From NCBI GenBank assembly GCA_963836185.1, contig CAWIIQ010000001.1:192001-256000 (forward strand): 64,000 nt of DNA. Reading direction: 5' to 3'. Positions 62,028 through 64,000 of this stretch are shown here, in pieces. A program made the translations under genes and the position numbers. The notes beneath the pieces are model-generated. The model saw only the letters and a list, made by a program, of their open reading frames with translations. It did not search any database and had not been told where the DNA came from. This DNA is from Candidatus Krumholzibacteriia bacterium (GTDB lineage Bacteria; Krumholzibacteriota; Krumholzibacteriia; Krumholzibacteriales; Krumholzibacteriaceae). The stretch's first letter is position 1; the number at the start of each line of letters is the position of its first letter.

Positions 62028-63455
62028 ATGTCTAAAGAAATCAAACTGACACTGGCAGCCGTCATAACGCTCGCGCTGGTCGCGCTTCTGGTCCTCCTTA
62101 TCTCGGGCTGCGGAGCGGTCTCGGTCGGCGGCTCGGGCATGAGCGTGGGGATGGCTGTCGGGCCGAACGAGACAAAGGCCGAAAAGGAAGAGCTTCCCGA
62201 AGAGGACCGGCGGCTGACGAAGCAGGACAAAAAGCTGAATCTGAAGTCGTTCGACTACGTATGGGCACAGATACACGAGAGCCTCTGGCCCGAGATCCTC
62301 GCCGAAGCCGGCTGGGACGAGGCTTACGGCGAGTTCCTGCCGAGGATCGAGGAAGCGTCGACGATGGGCGAGTGGCGCGGCGCGATGAGAGAGATGCTCG
62401 ACCGTCTGCAGATCTCTCATACCCAGATAATCCCCCGGGAGGCTTACGAGAAACATCTCTCCGGCGGTTCGTCCGGCCGGCGAAGCGACGGCGAGACGGG
62501 GATCTCCGTAAGAGTGCTCGATGGGCAGGCGGTCGTGACCGAAGTCCGCGAAGAATCGGCCGCGTGGTCAGACGGCGTAAGGCCGGGATGGATACTCGAA
62601 AGTCTCAGCGGGAGAGATATCGAGGAGGCCCTCGACGAACTGGCCGAGGTCTACGAAGGGCATCACCTCAAGGACCTTACCCTCGCATCCGTCACGCAGT
62701 TCAATCTGTATGGCGATACAGGCGAAGATATCGAGGCGGTATTTCTCGACGGCAGTGACGAGACGATCGGGATGGATCTGATCCTGGAAGAGAAGCGCGG
62801 CCATGAGTTCGAGTACGCCAACCTTCCCGTGATGTATGTCTGGATAGACACGATGACGGTGGCCGATGATATCGAGTATCTGAAATTCAACATGTTCATG
62901 GACCCGATATACCTGATGCCGGTCTTTGAGCGGGCGGTCGGGCGCGCCGCCGAGGGCAGGGGGCTTGTGATCGACATCCGCGGGAACATGGGCGGCATGG
63001 GTGCGATGGCCGGATGGCTGGCCGGGTTCCTCTATGACGAGAAGGGGTTTGATTTCGGGACATTCAAGATGAAGGGCGTCGAGCTGAAACTTGTTATAAT
63101 ACCCCGCCAGAACGCTTACACCGGCCCGGTGGCGGTCCTCATAGACGGGCTATCGCTGTCGGCCGCCGAGTTCTTTGCCGACGGCCTGCAGAAGACAGGG
63201 AGAGCGAAAGTGTTCGGGCAGAGGACGACCGGGTTCGCCCTGCCGTCGGCGATCGAGAAACTGCCGAACGGCGACGCGATCCAGTACGTCCACGCTGACT
63301 ATGTGAATTACGAAGGGGAGAGGCTCGAGGGCAGGGGCGTAACGCCTGATTACCAGGTCATCCCCGCCCGCAGCCAGCTTCTCGAGGGAAGGGACCCTGT
63401 CCTAGAGGCTGCGATCGAATGGATCAGGGCTCAGGCGGGTAGTAGTATCAAGTAA
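62028..63455 (+). CDS. S41 family peptidase lipoprotein with PDZ domain
   Basis: Lipobox ISGC; SHT, GLVIDIRGNMGG, SLSAAE, G.RT.G, EGRGVTPD. Confidence 0.9.
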   Translation: MSKEIKLTLAAVITLALVALLVLLISGCGAVSVGGSGMSVGMAVGPNETKAEKEELPEEDRRLTKQDKKLNLKSFDYVWAQIHESLWPEILAEAGWDEAYGEFLPRIEEASTMGEWRGAMREMLDRLQISHTQIIPREAYEKHLSGGSSGRRSDGETGISVRVLDGQAVVTEVREESAAWSDGVRPGWILESLSGRDIEEALDELAEVYEGHHLKDLTLASVTQFNLYGDTGEDIEAVFLDGSDETIGMDLILEEKRGHEFEYANLPVMYVWIDTMTVADDIEYLKFNMFMDPIYLMPVFERAVGRAAEGRGLVIDIRGNMGGMGAMAGWLAGFLYDEKGFDFGTFKMKGVELKLVIIPRQNAYTGPVAVLIDGLSLSAAEFFADGLQKTGRAKVFGQRTTGFALPSAIEKLPNGDAIQYVHADYVNYEGERLEGRGVTPDYQVIPARSQLLEGRDPVLEAAIEWIRAQAGSSIK

Positions 63456-63506
63456 CCATTGTCCTGCCGCGCTGTCACAGACGCGGCTGAAAGAAGGGGG
63501 AATCCG

Positions 63507-64000
63507 ATGAAACATCTCTCCAGCAGAAGGGTCGCGTGGATCGTTATCGCGCTGCCGGCGATATTCATCGTCCTGTCGGCGTTGATCGTCGCCGCTGTTC
63601 ACGGCGAGGCGCTGGCGCAGAAGGCGCCGACGGCGGAAAAGGTGCTCGACCGGTTTGTCGAGGTCACGGGCGGGCAGAAGGCTTACGACGCCATCGAGAA
63701 CCGCAAATCATCCGCTTCCATGAATATACCGGCGCAGGGGATGACCTTCACCATTACGATGTGGTCGGCCAGGCCGAACCAGGTCTACTCGGTTATCGAG
63801 AACGCCATGATCGGAAAGATCGAAAAGGGAGTAAGCGGAGATGTAGTCTGGGAAAAATCGATGATGACCGGACCGATCATCAAGGAAGGTACGGAGCGGG
63901 AGAATACCCTCAGGGACTCGGTCTTCGAAAGATATATCTACTGGAGAGATTCATTCGAGAATGTGGAGCTCGAAGGGGAAGAGACGGTCGGAGGTGTCGA
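63507..64000 (+). CDS. Secreted LolA-like fold protein (partial, runs off window)
   Basis: Hand translation MKHLSSRRVAWIVIALP...PTAEKVLDRFVEVTGGQKAYDAIEN; open to the window end. Confidence 0.7.
   Translation, partial: MKHLSSRRVAWIVIALPAIFIVLSALIVAAVHGEALAQKAPTAEKVLDRFVEVTGGQKAYDAIENRKSSASMNIPAQGMTFTITMWSARPNQVYSVIENAMIGKIEKGVSGDVVWEKSMMTGPIIKEGTERENTLRDSVFERYIYWRDSFENVELEGEETVGGV

Overview
GC-rich bacterial chromosomal segment. I found no mobile element, CRISPR array, tRNA or rRNA. Two giant secreted proteases end in FlgD-Ig/T9SS-CTD-like tails, which suggests an FCB-group anaerobe such as Latescibacterota/Krumholzibacteriota (inference). Many genes are broken by single-base frameshifts, most likely uncorrected long-read errors, so several features below are reconstructed across ORF fragments. 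Contents in order: ECF sigma factor (partial) divergent from an exported TPR-CHAT protease, a ~2,800-aa metzincin surface protein and a TIMP-like small protein; arfB; MBL hydrolase; pentaheme cytochrome, Cyc2-like porin-cytochrome and ferritin-like protein; SppA, S9 peptidase and GGT; DUF4139 gene behind a structured promoter-to-terminator leader; a sigma54/OrpR-type Orange-protein (orp) cluster extended by IscU, a Cys/Met PLP lyase and a methyltransferase; a giant S8 protease; POT transporter, FHA protein, lipoproteins and MscS; a PEP-CTERM/exosortase/EpsI/PrsK/PrsR locus with a consensus sigma54 promoter; DUF5916 protein; glnA with a possible leader peptide; and a YtrA-ABC operon extended by an S41 peptidase. 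The best novelty candidates are the ECF/CHAT/metzincin/TIMP-like module, the unannotated structured RNA leader at ~26.2-26.3 kb, the extended orp Fe-S cluster, the glnA uORF and the porin-cytochrome locus. All family calls come from motif recognition, not database searches.
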